NCBI GenBank assembly: GCA_043817235.1
Contig: JBDRHA010000007.1
Coordinates: 9,212-73,211, forward strand
Length of the DNA stretch: 64,000 bases
Source of the DNA: Candidatus Shapirobacteria bacterium
GTDB lineage: Bacteria; Patescibacteriota; Microgenomatia; UBA12405; BS750m-G30
Reading direction: 5' to 3'
Below the pieces are notes generated by a model. It saw only the letters and a program-made list of their open reading frames with translations, was not told where the DNA came from and searched no databases. Below are positions 18,185 to 27,656 of this stretch, one piece after another; the first letter of the stretch is position 1; every line of letters starts with the position of its first letter. A program made the position numbers and the translations under genes.

Positions 18185-19834
18185 TTATAGTTTAACCTTG
18201 TTACCCTTAGAATCACGAATGGTGGCCTTAATTTTAGACCCTTGCTTGGGATAATTCTTCAAAAACTCTTGATTCTCACTCACCAGATACAGAGTAAAGT
18301 ATTCGTTTCCACCTTTTCGCTTTAAATCTATACCTTTTAGCAAGCCTTCTCTCCTCAACTTGCGAACAGAGGATGGATGAACACCTCTATTGGAAGTAAT
18401 TTCCCATTTATCAAACCACTCAGCCTTATTGTCATACTTACTGCGTTTGAATGGAGGGATCACTCCTTTTGTGATGTTTCTCCTACAATCAGCACAACGC
18501 AAACCATCGAGGTTCCACCAAATCTCATTTCCGTAATGGCTCTCCCCGCAAATTCCACAAGAGTAAGGCCCCTCACTGGCTTCTAAGAAAAAACCATCTG
18601 GCTCTATTTTCAGTCTTCGTTTTCTAATGTTTTCAATGCCATCCATTTCACCCATAAGTCTGGCAAGTTGTACGAGATTATTCGAAGCATGCTTCTGTCT
18701 CTTTTCATCACTAATCTTAGATTTTGGTTTAATAGGCTCTTTCTTTTTCCCTGCTAGTTTGAGCATATCTTCTTCACGCTCATGGCCCTTTAATCGTCCT
18801 TCAAGGTATCCGAGTCTATAACTGACACTGTTAGACAACAAACGCCAGTTTGTGTCACCCAGGGCATCTTTTAGGAGCCTCTCTAACTCTGAAACACTAA
18901 CTTTATCCCTTCTAGAAGAATCGTTATCTTGAACAGTAAAAGGAACAACTACGTATTGGCCAATTTCTGGTTTTTCAAGGGAGAGTTTTGAATACTTAGC
19001 TTTCTTTAAAGAATCAGCCAGTAGTTTTTCCAGGTCATTAATATTTGTCTTTTTAAGCTGTAGCGATCTCTCATAAACAGGATCTTCATGCTTTTGCATT
19101 TCTTCATCGTGTACGGCATTGGCAACTTCCATCGCTTCAATTAGCTCAATATACTCTTGGCCTTCTTTTTCAGATAAGCAAAACTTTTTGCGATACTTTT
19201 CAAGTAACTCCTTATCAGCTTTTTCTTCAGCCTTACGTCTGGCGTCTTCTTTGTTTAAATCCTTGACTTCAACATTTTTATATTTACAACCAGTGCATTT
19301 GGTTGTCGTGGTTATAACTTGTCCTTTGCGTTTGTAGGTAGTTTTTAGATCCTTACCACATTTTAGACATGGACTTGGTTTGTTTTTCCTTATCTTGCCA
19401 TTCTCATCGGCACCCAACCGCTTCTTGCATTTAGGACATTCAAAAATAAAGTGGACTTTCATTGGTTTATCCTCAGGCCAATCTTCAAGATGCTTAAAAT
19501 CCTCTGCCGTCATTTCAATTTTGCATTTGGGGCACAGGATCTTTGGAGGAGGGGTGTTATCTATCTTGTCTTGCCTGACTCTATCTTTTTCAATCCACTC
19601 ACTGATAGTTTCAGACTTCCGACGATATTCTTCACCCTTTTTAATCATTAGCTCACGATTCAGATAGTGATTAAATCCTTTCTCTACTTCTTCAGGAGGA
19701 ATCTTCTTTAGTTTGGGGTCTGCATCTTTTTTCTTATATAAATCTTGCCAGAATTTAACTATTTTTAAACAAGCCTTTATGGTGAAAAGATCATAGAGGT
19801 TAACATAATACTGCTCACTGTTTAAGTATTTCAT
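18185..19834 (-). CDS. Multi-zinc-ribbon protein (several CPxC...CxxC pairs), hypothetical.
   Basis: CPKCKIEM...CPKCKK, CLKCGK...CTGCK, CGICGES...CADC. Charged coiled segments. 549 aa. Confidence 0.4.
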   Translation of the reverse strand: MKYLNSEQYYVNLYDLFTIKACLKIVKFWQDLYKKKDADPKLKKIPPEEVEKGFNHYLNRELMIKKGEEYRRKSETISEWIEKDRVRQDKIDNTPPPKILCPKCKIEMTAEDFKHLEDWPEDKPMKVHFIFECPKCKKRLGADENGKIRKNKPSPCLKCGKDLKTTYKRKGQVITTTTKCTGCKYKNVEVKDLNKEDARRKAEEKADKELLEKYRKKFCLSEKEGQEYIELIEAMEVANAVHDEEMQKHEDPVYERSLQLKKTNINDLEKLLADSLKKAKYSKLSLEKPEIGQYVVVPFTVQDNDSSRRDKVSVSELERLLKDALGDTNWRLLSNSVSYRLGYLEGRLKGHEREEDMLKLAGKKKEPIKPKSKISDEKRQKHASNNLVQLARLMGEMDGIENIRKRRLKIEPDGFFLEASEGPYSCGICGESHYGNEIWWNLDGLRCADCRRNITKGVIPPFKRSKYDNKAEWFDKWEITSNRGVHPSSVRKLRREGLLKGIDLKRKGGNEYFTLYLVSENQEFLKNYPKQGSKIKATIRDSKGNKVKL

Positions 19835-20564
19835 ATTTTTTTAGATCCTTGCCAAATTTCCACATTCCTTTTAGTGCTGCCTTGTGACAATTTCTTATTT
19901 TCTCTCCACTTCCACACAAGCATCTACTATGTCCCTTAATCCAATTTCCTTTATCAAATCTCTCGGCGATAGAACCCCATTCACCTGACTGTCTTAAACG
20001 TTTTAGCATTTGCTCAACATCGGACTTGTTGGGAATCTTTTGTTCGTTATACCACTCAAATATACCTACAATTCCGTGGGCATATTCGCCCCATGGCCAT
20101 TTTCCAAACTTTTGAAAATAGGTTTGAGCATAAAAAAACGGAATAACCAATTGGTTTATGAAAATCTTAAAATCAAAGCCGTTGGGGAAATATTCTTTTT
20201 CCTTACCCACTACATACAAACAGGCAGACCCATCAAAGCTAAAATGAAGGTCATATATCGGTAGTGACTTTTGTTTAGCCACTTCAATAAGTCTCGATCC
20301 TTCGGCATAAACCTTTGGCAGATCTGAAGATATTGATTTTGGAACTACGATTTTAATACCATACCGATCTTCAATTAAGACTCCTTTGCCTTTATAGTTC
20401 TTAGGGGGAAATACAAGGAAATGGTTCTCAACAGGCTCATAGATCATTTCAAATTCTAATCCACCTGATATTACTACAGAGCTTGGGTTTTCCTCAATCT
20501 TTAATAGGGGGTGTTCTCCAGATAGCCATCCTTTATCCTCAGGAGTAAGCTTGAGGTTAAACAT
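19815..20564 (-). CDS. Hypothetical protein with a C-terminal SEC-C metal-binding motif.
   Basis: CLCGSGEKIRNCHK at the C-terminus. The alternative start is MFNLKL, which overlaps the upstream gene by 8 nt. Confidence 0.4.
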   Translation of the reverse strand: MFNLKLTPEDKGWLSGEHPLLKIEENPSSVVISGGLEFEMIYEPVENHFLVFPPKNYKGKGVLIEDRYGIKIVVPKSISSDLPKVYAEGSRLIEVAKQKSLPIYDLHFSFDGSACLYVVGKEKEYFPNGFDFKIFINQLVIPFFYAQTYFQKFGKWPWGEYAHGIVGIFEWYNEQKIPNKSDVEQMLKRLRQSGEWGSIAERFDKGNWIKGHSRCLCGSGEKIRNCHKAALKGMWKFGKDLKKYEILKQ

Positions 20565-21615
20565 TGCACCATGGTTTGGATGGGGAGCTTCCGACATATG
20601 TAGATCTAGTTACCGGCTCATTTTTCTTTGTCCCTCGATCATCAACAGAAAAAATCTTTTTCCATTCTGTTATGGCGGCTCGATCATTACTATCTTCTTC
20701 TAACTGCACTGCCTTACCTGAAATTCTATAAAGACTGTCTAGCTCATCCTTAATTAGCTGTTTGACATCCGAACTCATCTCTTCTAAATAGTCATCAACC
20801 ATGTTTTCTTCGTTGGCTGGATCTTCTAGTACAGGGTCATCAAAATAGTCTGAGGCAACAGAGAAAAACTTATTTAAACCCTCTGCATAGGAATTAATCT
20901 TGCTGTCACCAAGAATTTTGGCGGCCAATAACTCAAGATGGAACGACCTGACTTTAGTTGGTTTTTCGTTAAGCCTTTGACGCTTAACGAATTTTATTAA
21001 TCTGGCGACTTTCTTAAAGCGTTTTTTACTATTAACAGCCGTGTCCTCGTTAATTTGGTTGATATATTCAAAATGAACTTTAGGGTTACTTACGATATAA
21101 GTTCCATCATTCCCATCCTCTATATCAGGGATCAAGTAGGCTTCTTGGTCGTCTGTTTCAAAAGCCGGTATCACATCAATGCTAAAGGTTTCACTGTAGA
21201 TTACAGTGACTGAATGGCGTTGTTCTTTAACTTCAATGTCATCATTTTCCTCAAATATTTTTATCAGGGTAGATTTTAACTTTTGAATTAAAGCCGTAGG
21301 AGTTATCAGTTGGTCTAGTTCTTCATCTTGGTATTCACCGCTATCCAAAACCAGGAAAAGATCCACATCTTTTGGTGGTCGGATCATCGTATGACGTCTA
21401 TACGAGCCAGTTAAGAAGTAAGAAGGCTTATTTTCTTCATCTTCTGTTGGCAGTATTTTTAACTCATTTTTGAGGGAATCAACGAGATCCTTGTATGTAC
21501 TTGTCACTAAGCAAATATCGCAATTAGGGTCTGATCCCGCACACTCTCCTTCGCAAATTTTGTTTAAATTTACTTCCGAAGTTAAAAAGTCGTCAAAAAA
21601 TTCTTCTACTGTCAT
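20557..21615 (-). CDS. Pol-beta superfamily nucleotidyltransferase, CD-NTase/SMODS-like.
   Basis: The FLTGSYRRHTMIRPPKDVDLFLVLD GS-x9-13-DxD motif, plus a third acidic residue (SIDVIP), followed by a helical C-terminal domain. Confidence 0.5.
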   Translation of the reverse strand: MTVEEFFDDFLTSEVNLNKICEGECAGSDPNCDICLVTSTYKDLVDSLKNELKILPTEDEENKPSYFLTGSYRRHTMIRPPKDVDLFLVLDSGEYQDEELDQLITPTALIQKLKSTLIKIFEENDDIEVKEQRHSVTVIYSETFSIDVIPAFETDDQEAYLIPDIEDGNDGTYIVSNPKVHFEYINQINEDTAVNSKKRFKKVARLIKFVKRQRLNEKPTKVRSFHLELLAAKILGDSKINSYAEGLNKFFSVASDYFDDPVLEDPANEENMVDDYLEEMSSDVKQLIKDELDSLYRISGKAVQLEEDSNDRAAITEWKKIFSVDDRGTKKNEPVTRSTYVGSSPSKPWCNV

Positions 21616-22130
21616 ATGGTCCTTTCATTTGGATAAGTGGATAGCATTGTAAACACATCACTTGTTAGTCGTAGTGGAGTATTGCAAACAGAGTAGTAAG
21701 GATAAGTATTTAGCTTTTTCCATTGTTTTGGTTTTAACGCCGCATTATCTCCAAAGGTATAAATAAGGATAGGGATCTTTTGTGCCACAGATTTGTCAAA
21801 AATTGAGTCAAAATTCTCCATCTTTTCATCACATCCTAAAATGACCAGGCTGTGGTTGGAAATTCTTACAGTGTCCCTAAAATCACCTGTTGGCTTTTCA
21901 ACATTGAATAACCCACTTTTTGACAATAGGTTGTATTCCATCTCCATGTTCTTTGTTGCATTTCCCGGCGGGAAGAAAATCTTAATCGGTCTTTTCAGAT
22001 TGTTATTAATTATTTTCTCTCTCTTATAAAAAAGTTTGAAATACGATACGGCGGCGACAATACCTATGACTGCCGATGTTCCGATCAAAACCAGCCAATG
22101 AATCAAACTTAAAGTGCCTAATACTTCCAT
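21612..22130 (-). CDS. Single-pass membrane protein with a cytoplasmic alpha/beta domain, hypothetical.
   Basis: N-terminal TM helix LVLIGTSAVIGIVAAV. It overlaps the NTase start by 4 nt. Confidence 0.3.
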   Translation of the reverse strand: MEVLGTLSLIHWLVLIGTSAVIGIVAAVSYFKLFYKREKIINNNLKRPIKIFFPPGNATKNMEMEYNLLSKSGLFNVEKPTGDFRDTVRISNHSLVILGCDEKMENFDSIFDKSVAQKIPILIYTFGDNAALKPKQWKKLNTYPYYSVCNTPLRLTSDVFTMLSTYPNERTI

Positions 22131-22131
22131 A

Positions 22132-22755
22132 TTATTTGTTTCCTTTCTTAATTACATCTATAGCAACCCCTTGGACAGAGAAGTTTTCAAGTAAAATAAT
22201 TGGTTTATTCTTCGGATTAGTTGACTCCGGCTGAAGTCGAACATAACCATCTTCGGGGATAATCTTTTTAATGGTTGCCTCATCTCCGACAAGAACAACC
22301 ACGCGACTACCAGAATCGGCCGTTTGTTGTTTTTGGACCAGAACAAAGTCTCCATCGTCAATTGCCTTGCCAGAAACCCTGGTGGCGTTCATGCTATCTC
22401 CCACTGCGCGTAAGAAAAAGTAGTCATTTGGTGACCCTCCGATTTTGGAAGCATCATATGAGATGTAAGCTTCAACATTCTCTGTGGCTAGAAATGGGAC
22501 CCCACAGGCTACATTACCCACTAGGGGAATTTGAACTTTGTCAGATGAGTCAGGCAAAGATAGACCACGAGCATTTTTTAAGTAACCCTTTTCTTTAAGG
22601 GCATCTGTGTGTCGCTGGACAGAACTTACACTGGATAGACCAAGAAGTACTCGAAGCTCTTCAAGCGTAGGCATCACACCATTTTTACTGACCTGATCTT
22701 TAATCAGAGAGAGTACCGTTTTTTGTTTTGAGGTTAAGGGCTTCTTCATACGCAT
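22132..22755 (-). CDS. lexA: LexA-like transcriptional repressor (HTH plus S24 peptidase).
   Basis: VQRHTDALKEKGYL is the HTH. GDSM is the catalytic Ser. The downstream KK is the Lys dyad. The first gene of the 8-gene co-directional cluster. Confidence 0.75.
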   Translation of the reverse strand: MRMKKPLTSKQKTVLSLIKDQVSKNGVMPTLEELRVLLGLSSVSSVQRHTDALKEKGYLKNARGLSLPDSSDKVQIPLVGNVACGVPFLATENVEAYISYDASKIGGSPNDYFFLRAVGDSMNATRVSGKAIDDGDFVLVQKQQTADSGSRVVVLVGDEATIKKIIPEDGYVRLQPESTNPKNKPIILLENFSVQGVAIDVIKKGNK

Positions 22756-22886
22756 AATTCTACTCTAACTAGCGTAATTATGCAATAGCTATTTGTTCCA
22801 TAAAGTCTGTCAAGGGGGAATTTTCTTTGGATTCTTATACGGCACCAACGCCAATTAGACCGTAATACCGGCATAATTAGAGTTAC

Positions 22887-22921
22887 CCCATTGACAACCA
22901 CCCCCCTTATTGTCAACGGGG
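22887..22921. promoter_or_regulatory. Palindrome ccccattgacaa-N11-ttgtcaacgggg in the divergent lexA / ParB-methylase intergenic region. It is a candidate operator or bidirectional -35 element.
   Basis: 11/12 bp inverted repeat. Each arm contains TTGACA. Confidence 0.3.
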
Positions 22922-22956
22922 TTCTCAAAAAATCTCATGGTAAATTCATATTAATT

Positions 22957-24282
22957 ATGAAAAATAAACACATCCAAACAGTCGAAGTTCCCGTCAGCGA
23001 TTTAATTCCTGCAGACTATAATCCCCGAAAGTGGAGCGATAAGGCTGTTAAAGATTTAAAAGAAAGCATTAGTCGTTTTGGATTTGTAACTCCTATTGTT
23101 GCAAATTCTGCTCCTGAAAGAAAAAACCGTGTGATAGGGGGACATTTTAGGATAAAAATAGCAAAAGACTTGGGAATAATAAAAATTCCTGTCGTTTATA
23201 TAAACATCCCTGATATTGAGAAGGAGAAAGAACTCAATCTGCGTTTAAACAAAAACACAGGAGAATTTGATTGGGATTTACTCGCTAACTTTGACGAGTC
23301 ATTCCTTTCTGATATTGGTTTTTCCAGCGGAGAGCTTGATGACATCTTTGATATCGATACTCCAGAAGAATTTAACCTTAAAAAAGAGCTGGAGAAACTC
23401 GACATTAAAAAGATCAATACCAAAAAAGGAGATGTTTATGTATTGGGTGAAAGTCGTCTGATGTGTGGGGATTCTACCATCGAAAAAGACATGCAAAAAC
23501 TGATGAACAACCAAAAAGTGGATATGTGTTTTACAGATCCTCCTTACATTTTAGATTACCTTCATGGCAAGAAAAAACACGGCAAACCGATTACCGGATT
23601 TGGGGCAAAAAGAGATAGGCGATATTTAGAAACTGATGTACTACCTCCAGATTTTACGGAAAAGTGGATGGCAAATATCGCTAAAGTCCAAAACGAACAT
23701 TTCAGCATCATTGTCTATGAAAATTGGAAAAATCTTCGAACCATTTGGGGTGAGATGGAAAAATACTGGAAAATTAAGAACATGATCGTTTGGCATTTGC
23801 CAAATCGTCACCAAGGATTCTCAGCAAAGTACAAGTTCTTCAGCAAACACGATATCGCTATGGTTGGCGCCACTCCAGATAAAAACATTCCGTTCAATTT
23901 GAAGGGTGAAACGGATAGCTTACAAGAAGAATATGAAACAGCCTTATTTGCTATTTCCGGGAAACCTCACTGGGAGGGTTATAGGAAAGGCAAGAGAAAC
24001 CAACCAACGGACCACATCGAACATGTTGCTTCTGATGAAAAACAGTCAGGTCAAGGAGTTGTTTTTGGTACCAAGCCAGTAGAAATATTAATTCCATACA
24101 TCAAGGTTTTAACAAAGCGTGGTGATTTGATAATAGAACCATTTGGTGGAAGTGGTAGTACTTTGATTGCCGCCACCAAGATGAAGCGACGATGCTACAT
24201 CATGGAAAAATCACCCGTGTATACGGAAGTAATAATTAAGCGTTGGGAAAAATTAACAGGACAAATAGCTAAAAAACTATGA
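22957..24282 (+). CDS. ParB-like nuclease domain fused to a DNA methyltransferase (phage-type DNA modification methylase).
   Basis: ParB N-terminus IVANSAPERKNRVIGGHFR. The MTase motif is DPPY (CFTDPPYIL). The C-terminus is GGSGST. Confidence 0.7.
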   Translation: MKNKHIQTVEVPVSDLIPADYNPRKWSDKAVKDLKESISRFGFVTPIVANSAPERKNRVIGGHFRIKIAKDLGIIKIPVVYINIPDIEKEKELNLRLNKNTGEFDWDLLANFDESFLSDIGFSSGELDDIFDIDTPEEFNLKKELEKLDIKKINTKKGDVYVLGESRLMCGDSTIEKDMQKLMNNQKVDMCFTDPPYILDYLHGKKKHGKPITGFGAKRDRRYLETDVLPPDFTEKWMANIAKVQNEHFSIIVYENWKNLRTIWGEMEKYWKIKNMIVWHLPNRHQGFSAKYKFFSKHDIAMVGATPDKNIPFNLKGETDSLQEEYETALFAISGKPHWEGYRKGKRNQPTDHIEHVASDEKQSGQGVVFGTKPVEILIPYIKVLTKRGDLIIEPFGGSGSTLIAATKMKRRCYIMEKSPVYTEVIIKRWEKLTGQIAKKL

Positions 24283-24686
24283 ACAAAACAATTGCAAAAC
24301 GTCAAACCAAAAACAAAGAGCTAATACTTAAACAGCTCAAGAAAACACCAATAGTACAAATTGCTTGCGAAAGAGTTGGAATTGGCAGGGCCACATATTA
24401 CAGATGGCGAAAAGATGATTCTAAATTTACTAAAGCTAGTGACAAAGCATTACTTGACGGAAACTTGCTCGTCAATGATATGGCCGAGTCACAATTGATG
24501 AGTGCTATTAAAGACAAAAATATGACGGCTATTATTTTTTGGCTCAAACATCACCATCCTGCATACCTTACTAGGTTAGAAATTACTTCAACCAACAAAA
24601 CTGAAGAGGCACTTAATCCCGAACAGCACCAAGCTGTAAAGAAAGCATTGCTGATGGCTGGTGTTGTCCCCCAAGCAAATGAATAA
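24279..24686 (+). CDS. Terminase small subunit-like HTH protein.
   Basis: The HTH is GIGRATYYRWRK. Its position is immediately upstream of, and overlapping, the large terminase. Confidence 0.4.
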   Translation: MNKTIAKRQTKNKELILKQLKKTPIVQIACERVGIGRATYYRWRKDDSKFTKASDKALLDGNLLVNDMAESQLMSAIKDKNMTAIIFWLKHHHPAYLTRLEITSTNKTEEALNPEQHQAVKKALLMAGVVPQANE

Positions 24687-26208
24687 GCAATTTTTTACAA
24701 AATTATCAACTAATCGGAAATTTCGTAGACAATCAGCATACTCAAGTCATTTCTTATTCTTTCACTTGTATATGAATGAGTATGTCAAATATCCAACGGC
24801 ACAATTTCAAAAAACAATTTTCCAAATAACGGAGAAGGCCTTAATCAAAGAATTTTTTCTGATGGCTTTTCGTGGTTCAGGAAAATCGACAATTCTAACC
24901 ATGTCTTACCCCATTTGGGCAATAGTTGGTGTTCAGCAAAAAAAGTTTGTTTTAATCATTAGTCGAACTCAAAATCAAAGCAACGCTTTGTTTTATCATG
25001 TCCGCAGAGAACTCGAAAGCAACTTGCTTCTTAAAAACGACTTTGGTCCGTTTATGAAGAAAAATTATGATTGGAGTTCCAACACTCTGGAGATTCCAAA
25101 GTATGGCGCTCGTATCACCTGCGCTTCTGTAGGAGAAAGTATTCGCGGAATCAGACATGGATCATTTCGTCCGGATCTCATTATTCTCGACGATGTGGAA
25201 GATAAATTCTCAGTCAGGACATTTGATGGCAGGGAAAAAACGCGCCAATGGTATTCCAGTGAGATAAGGCCTTTGGGCGATTTTGGTACTCGAATAATCG
25301 CTGTGGGTACCATGCTTCATGACGATTCACTCATGATGAAATTAAAGGATTATGACGATAATATTGGAATGCACAGTGTGTTTTTGAGATATCCCCTAAT
25401 AGATGAAAACGATAAGATTGCTTGGCCTGAGAAATTTACCAGAGAAAGCATTGAAGAATTAAAAACAAGTATGTTACACCCTAATGCATTTGATCAAGAG
25501 TATCTTCTTTTGAGCGTTCCAGAGGATAATCAGATTATCAAGCGAGAGTGGATCAGATACTACGATAAACCTCTGCCCAATGAACACATACCGCAACCCA
25601 GAATGATTCTGATGGCTATCGACCTTGCGATCAAAAAAGGCGATGGCAGAGATTACACCTCAATAGTCCCTATGTATGTAACTGGGTATGATAAAAACCT
25701 GCGAGTTTATATGCTTCCATACATTGTAAACAAACAATTGGATTTTCCGGAAACTGTAACTGAGGTTTTAAAACTCAACGCAAAACTCCAAAAGATATTT
25801 AACATACCTCCAAAGATTTATGTTGAAAGTGTTGGATACCAAGATTCTCTCGTACAGCAGTTATTTACAGTAGAAAAAATAGCAGCAGAACCTGTTAATG
25901 TTGGACGATTAAGCAAGCCAGAAAGATTGAGCATTGTTTCACCTTATGTAGAGGCTGGTAAGGTTTTCTTTTATTCAGGCATGGATGGAATGATAAGCCA
26001 GTTATTAAATATCTTCTCAACCAAACACGACGATATGGCAGATGCTTTCACTATGGGATTGAGTCAAGTTATCAAAACAGATAGACCATATTATCAATTA
26101 AACGAGCCAGCTAAACCAACACGACACTGGCATACGTGCCCGATTACAGGAGAATACCGCAACTTCTCTGTACCCATCATGTCTGGATTGCTAAATAAAG
26201 AGTTCTAA
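24679..26208 (+). CDS. Phage terminase large subunit.
   Basis: Walker A AFRGSGKST. ILDDVED is Walker B-like. The C-terminal region is nuclease-like. Confidence 0.7.
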   Translation: MNKQFFTKLSTNRKFRRQSAYSSHFLFFHLYMNEYVKYPTAQFQKTIFQITEKALIKEFFLMAFRGSGKSTILTMSYPIWAIVGVQQKKFVLIISRTQNQSNALFYHVRRELESNLLLKNDFGPFMKKNYDWSSNTLEIPKYGARITCASVGESIRGIRHGSFRPDLIILDDVEDKFSVRTFDGREKTRQWYSSEIRPLGDFGTRIIAVGTMLHDDSLMMKLKDYDDNIGMHSVFLRYPLIDENDKIAWPEKFTRESIEELKTSMLHPNAFDQEYLLLSVPEDNQIIKREWIRYYDKPLPNEHIPQPRMILMAIDLAIKKGDGRDYTSIVPMYVTGYDKNLRVYMLPYIVNKQLDFPETVTEVLKLNAKLQKIFNIPPKIYVESVGYQDSLVQQLFTVEKIAAEPVNVGRLSKPERLSIVSPYVEAGKVFFYSGMDGMISQLLNIFSTKHDDMADAFTMGLSQVIKTDRPYYQLNEPAKPTRHWHTCPITGEYRNFSVPIMSGLLNKEF

Positions 26209-26228
26209 TTACTACATTTTGAACGCTA

Positions 26229-26284
26229 ACTTGCACTTAGCAAAAAAACAAGTGTATTTCCAGGCTAAATGCTAACTGTGGCTA
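26229..26284. promoter_or_regulatory. Two copies of the dyad motif GCTAAC-N5-(G/C)TTAGC. They are candidate operators upstream of the XRE regulator gene.
   Basis: gctaacttgcacttagc and gctaactgtggctaag. The same dyad recurs twice at 32331-32384. Confidence 0.4.
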
Positions 26285-26321
26285 AGTGGACTATCTACCC
26301 AGCTACTTTGACAATATATGC

Positions 26322-26531
26322 ATGAGAAAAAATGCTAAGTTGCCAAGGGTGTTGGGCAAGAAAATCCAAAAACGCAGAAAAGAGATGGGGTTCACCCAAG
26401 AAGATGTTGCCGATAAGGCAGGTATTAGTCGCGCGTATATGGGGTACATAGAGCAAGGAAGGAATGCTCCTTCACTAGAAATCCTTGAGAAAATTGCTCG
26501 TATTTTGAAAATCTCCATCAATATTCCCTAG
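26322..26531 (+). CDS. XRE-family HTH transcriptional regulator.
   Basis: MGFTQEDVADKAGISRAYMGYIEQGRNAPSLEILEKIARIL. Confidence 0.6.
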   Translation: MRKNAKLPRVLGKKIQKRRKEMGFTQEDVADKAGISRAYMGYIEQGRNAPSLEILEKIARILKISINIP

Positions 26532-26763
26532 GGGGTACGGTCTATTAGAGCCATGCAAATCGTGCTGCGAACCGTGGACAGAGTTCGGACTTCAAATATT
26601 GGTATACAAAAGCCATTCTATGTTCCTAACTATGCCCATTTAGAATAAAAAATGCTCTAAGATTCCAATAATTCTCTCCTCATTAACGCTACCCTAACGA
26701 AAGGGTATTGTGTTCCTTTAACTTTTACTAGCTTTTTTAGTTCGTCAGAGGCATCTCTCATCC

Positions 26764-26792
26764 TTGACAAAGAAACCATACGGGAATACTAT
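26764..26792 (+). promoter_or_regulatory. Candidate sigma70 promoter TTGACA-17-TACTAT upstream of the arsR-like gene.
   Basis: Direct reading of the sequence. Confidence 0.35.
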
Positions 26793-26794
26793 AT

Positions 26795-27103
26795 ATGAAT
26801 ATGGGTTCATATAACTGTTGCCTTCCAGATAAAAAGGAGTTCAAGAAAATAGTGTCTTTATCGTCGCTTTTAAAGATTGTTGCAGAAGAAAATAGATTAA
26901 AGCTGCTTTGCATTCTTAAGAGCGAGGAACATTGCGTGTGTGAAATTCTGGAACATTTAGATATGTCTCAGAGCTTAATATCTCACCATTTAGCTGATTT
27001 AAGAAGGGTAGGATTGGTTATTGATAAGAAGCGTGGGCAGAGAGTTTATTATCGGCTGACCAAGGTAGGTAAAAAAGTTATGTCATTTTTAGGAGAACTA
27101 TGA
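26795..27103 (+). CDS. ArsR/SmtB-family metalloregulator.
   Basis: LKLLCILKSEEHCVCEILEHL...SHHLADLRRVGLV. The start may instead be the GTG at 26852. Confidence 0.7.
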   Translation: MNMGSYNCCLPDKKEFKKIVSLSSLLKIVAEENRLKLLCILKSEEHCVCEILEHLDMSQSLISHHLADLRRVGLVIDKKRGQRVYYRLTKVGKKVMSFLGEL

Positions 27104-27402
27104 GTGAAAGAGAACAAGATGTTTTAGCGAATTATCCAGCCAGTCTTGAGGAAGAGGACAGACTGTTTTTGCAGATGACTGTTCAAGATGATGATTTGGA
27201 TGAGGCTGTTAGGTTGGTTGATAAATATGGACTTGAAGTTGGAGAAGACACAACACCACTAGGTTTATGCCAAAAATGGCTACGAGATCTTAGAGGATCT
27301 GAAAAACACCATTGCCAAAACATTCTTGACTTACATAGTCAGGGTAAATCTATAGGAGGAATGCAAGCATTAGCAACATCAGTTAGAAAGGAGGCACAAT
27401 GA
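27100..27402 (+). CDS. Hypothetical protein.
   Basis: 100 aa. Acidic. Translationally coupled to its neighbours. Confidence 0.3.
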   Translation: MSEREQDVLANYPASLEEEDRLFLQMTVQDDDLDEAVRLVDKYGLEVGEDTTPLGLCQKWLRDLRGSEKHHCQNILDLHSQGKSIGGMQALATSVRKEAQ

Positions 27403-27653
27403 AAATCCAAGTTTTAGGTTCAGGTTGTCCGACCTGTAAAAAACTCTATGAAATAACCAAACAGGCAGTCGAAGAAACAGGATTAAAAGAAGAAGTTGAA
27501 TATCTTATTGGACAAGAAGGTCTTCAGAAAATGATGGATATGGGGGTTATGTCTAGCCCTGTGCTGGCAATAAATGGCAAGTCAGTAATGACTGGTTTTG
27601 TAGATGATGTAGAAAAAATTAAAAAACTTATTCTGGAGGCAAAAGAAAAGTAA
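27399..27653 (+). CDS. Small thioredoxin-fold protein (redox-active disulfide protein 2-like).
   Basis: CPTC near the N-terminus. 84 aa. This is the type that commonly accompanies ars-like permeases. Confidence 0.55.
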   Translation: MKIQVLGSGCPTCKKLYEITKQAVEETGLKEEVEYLIGQEGLQKMMDMGVMSSPVLAINGKSVMTGFVDDVEKIKKLILEAKEK

Positions 27654-27656
27654 GCT

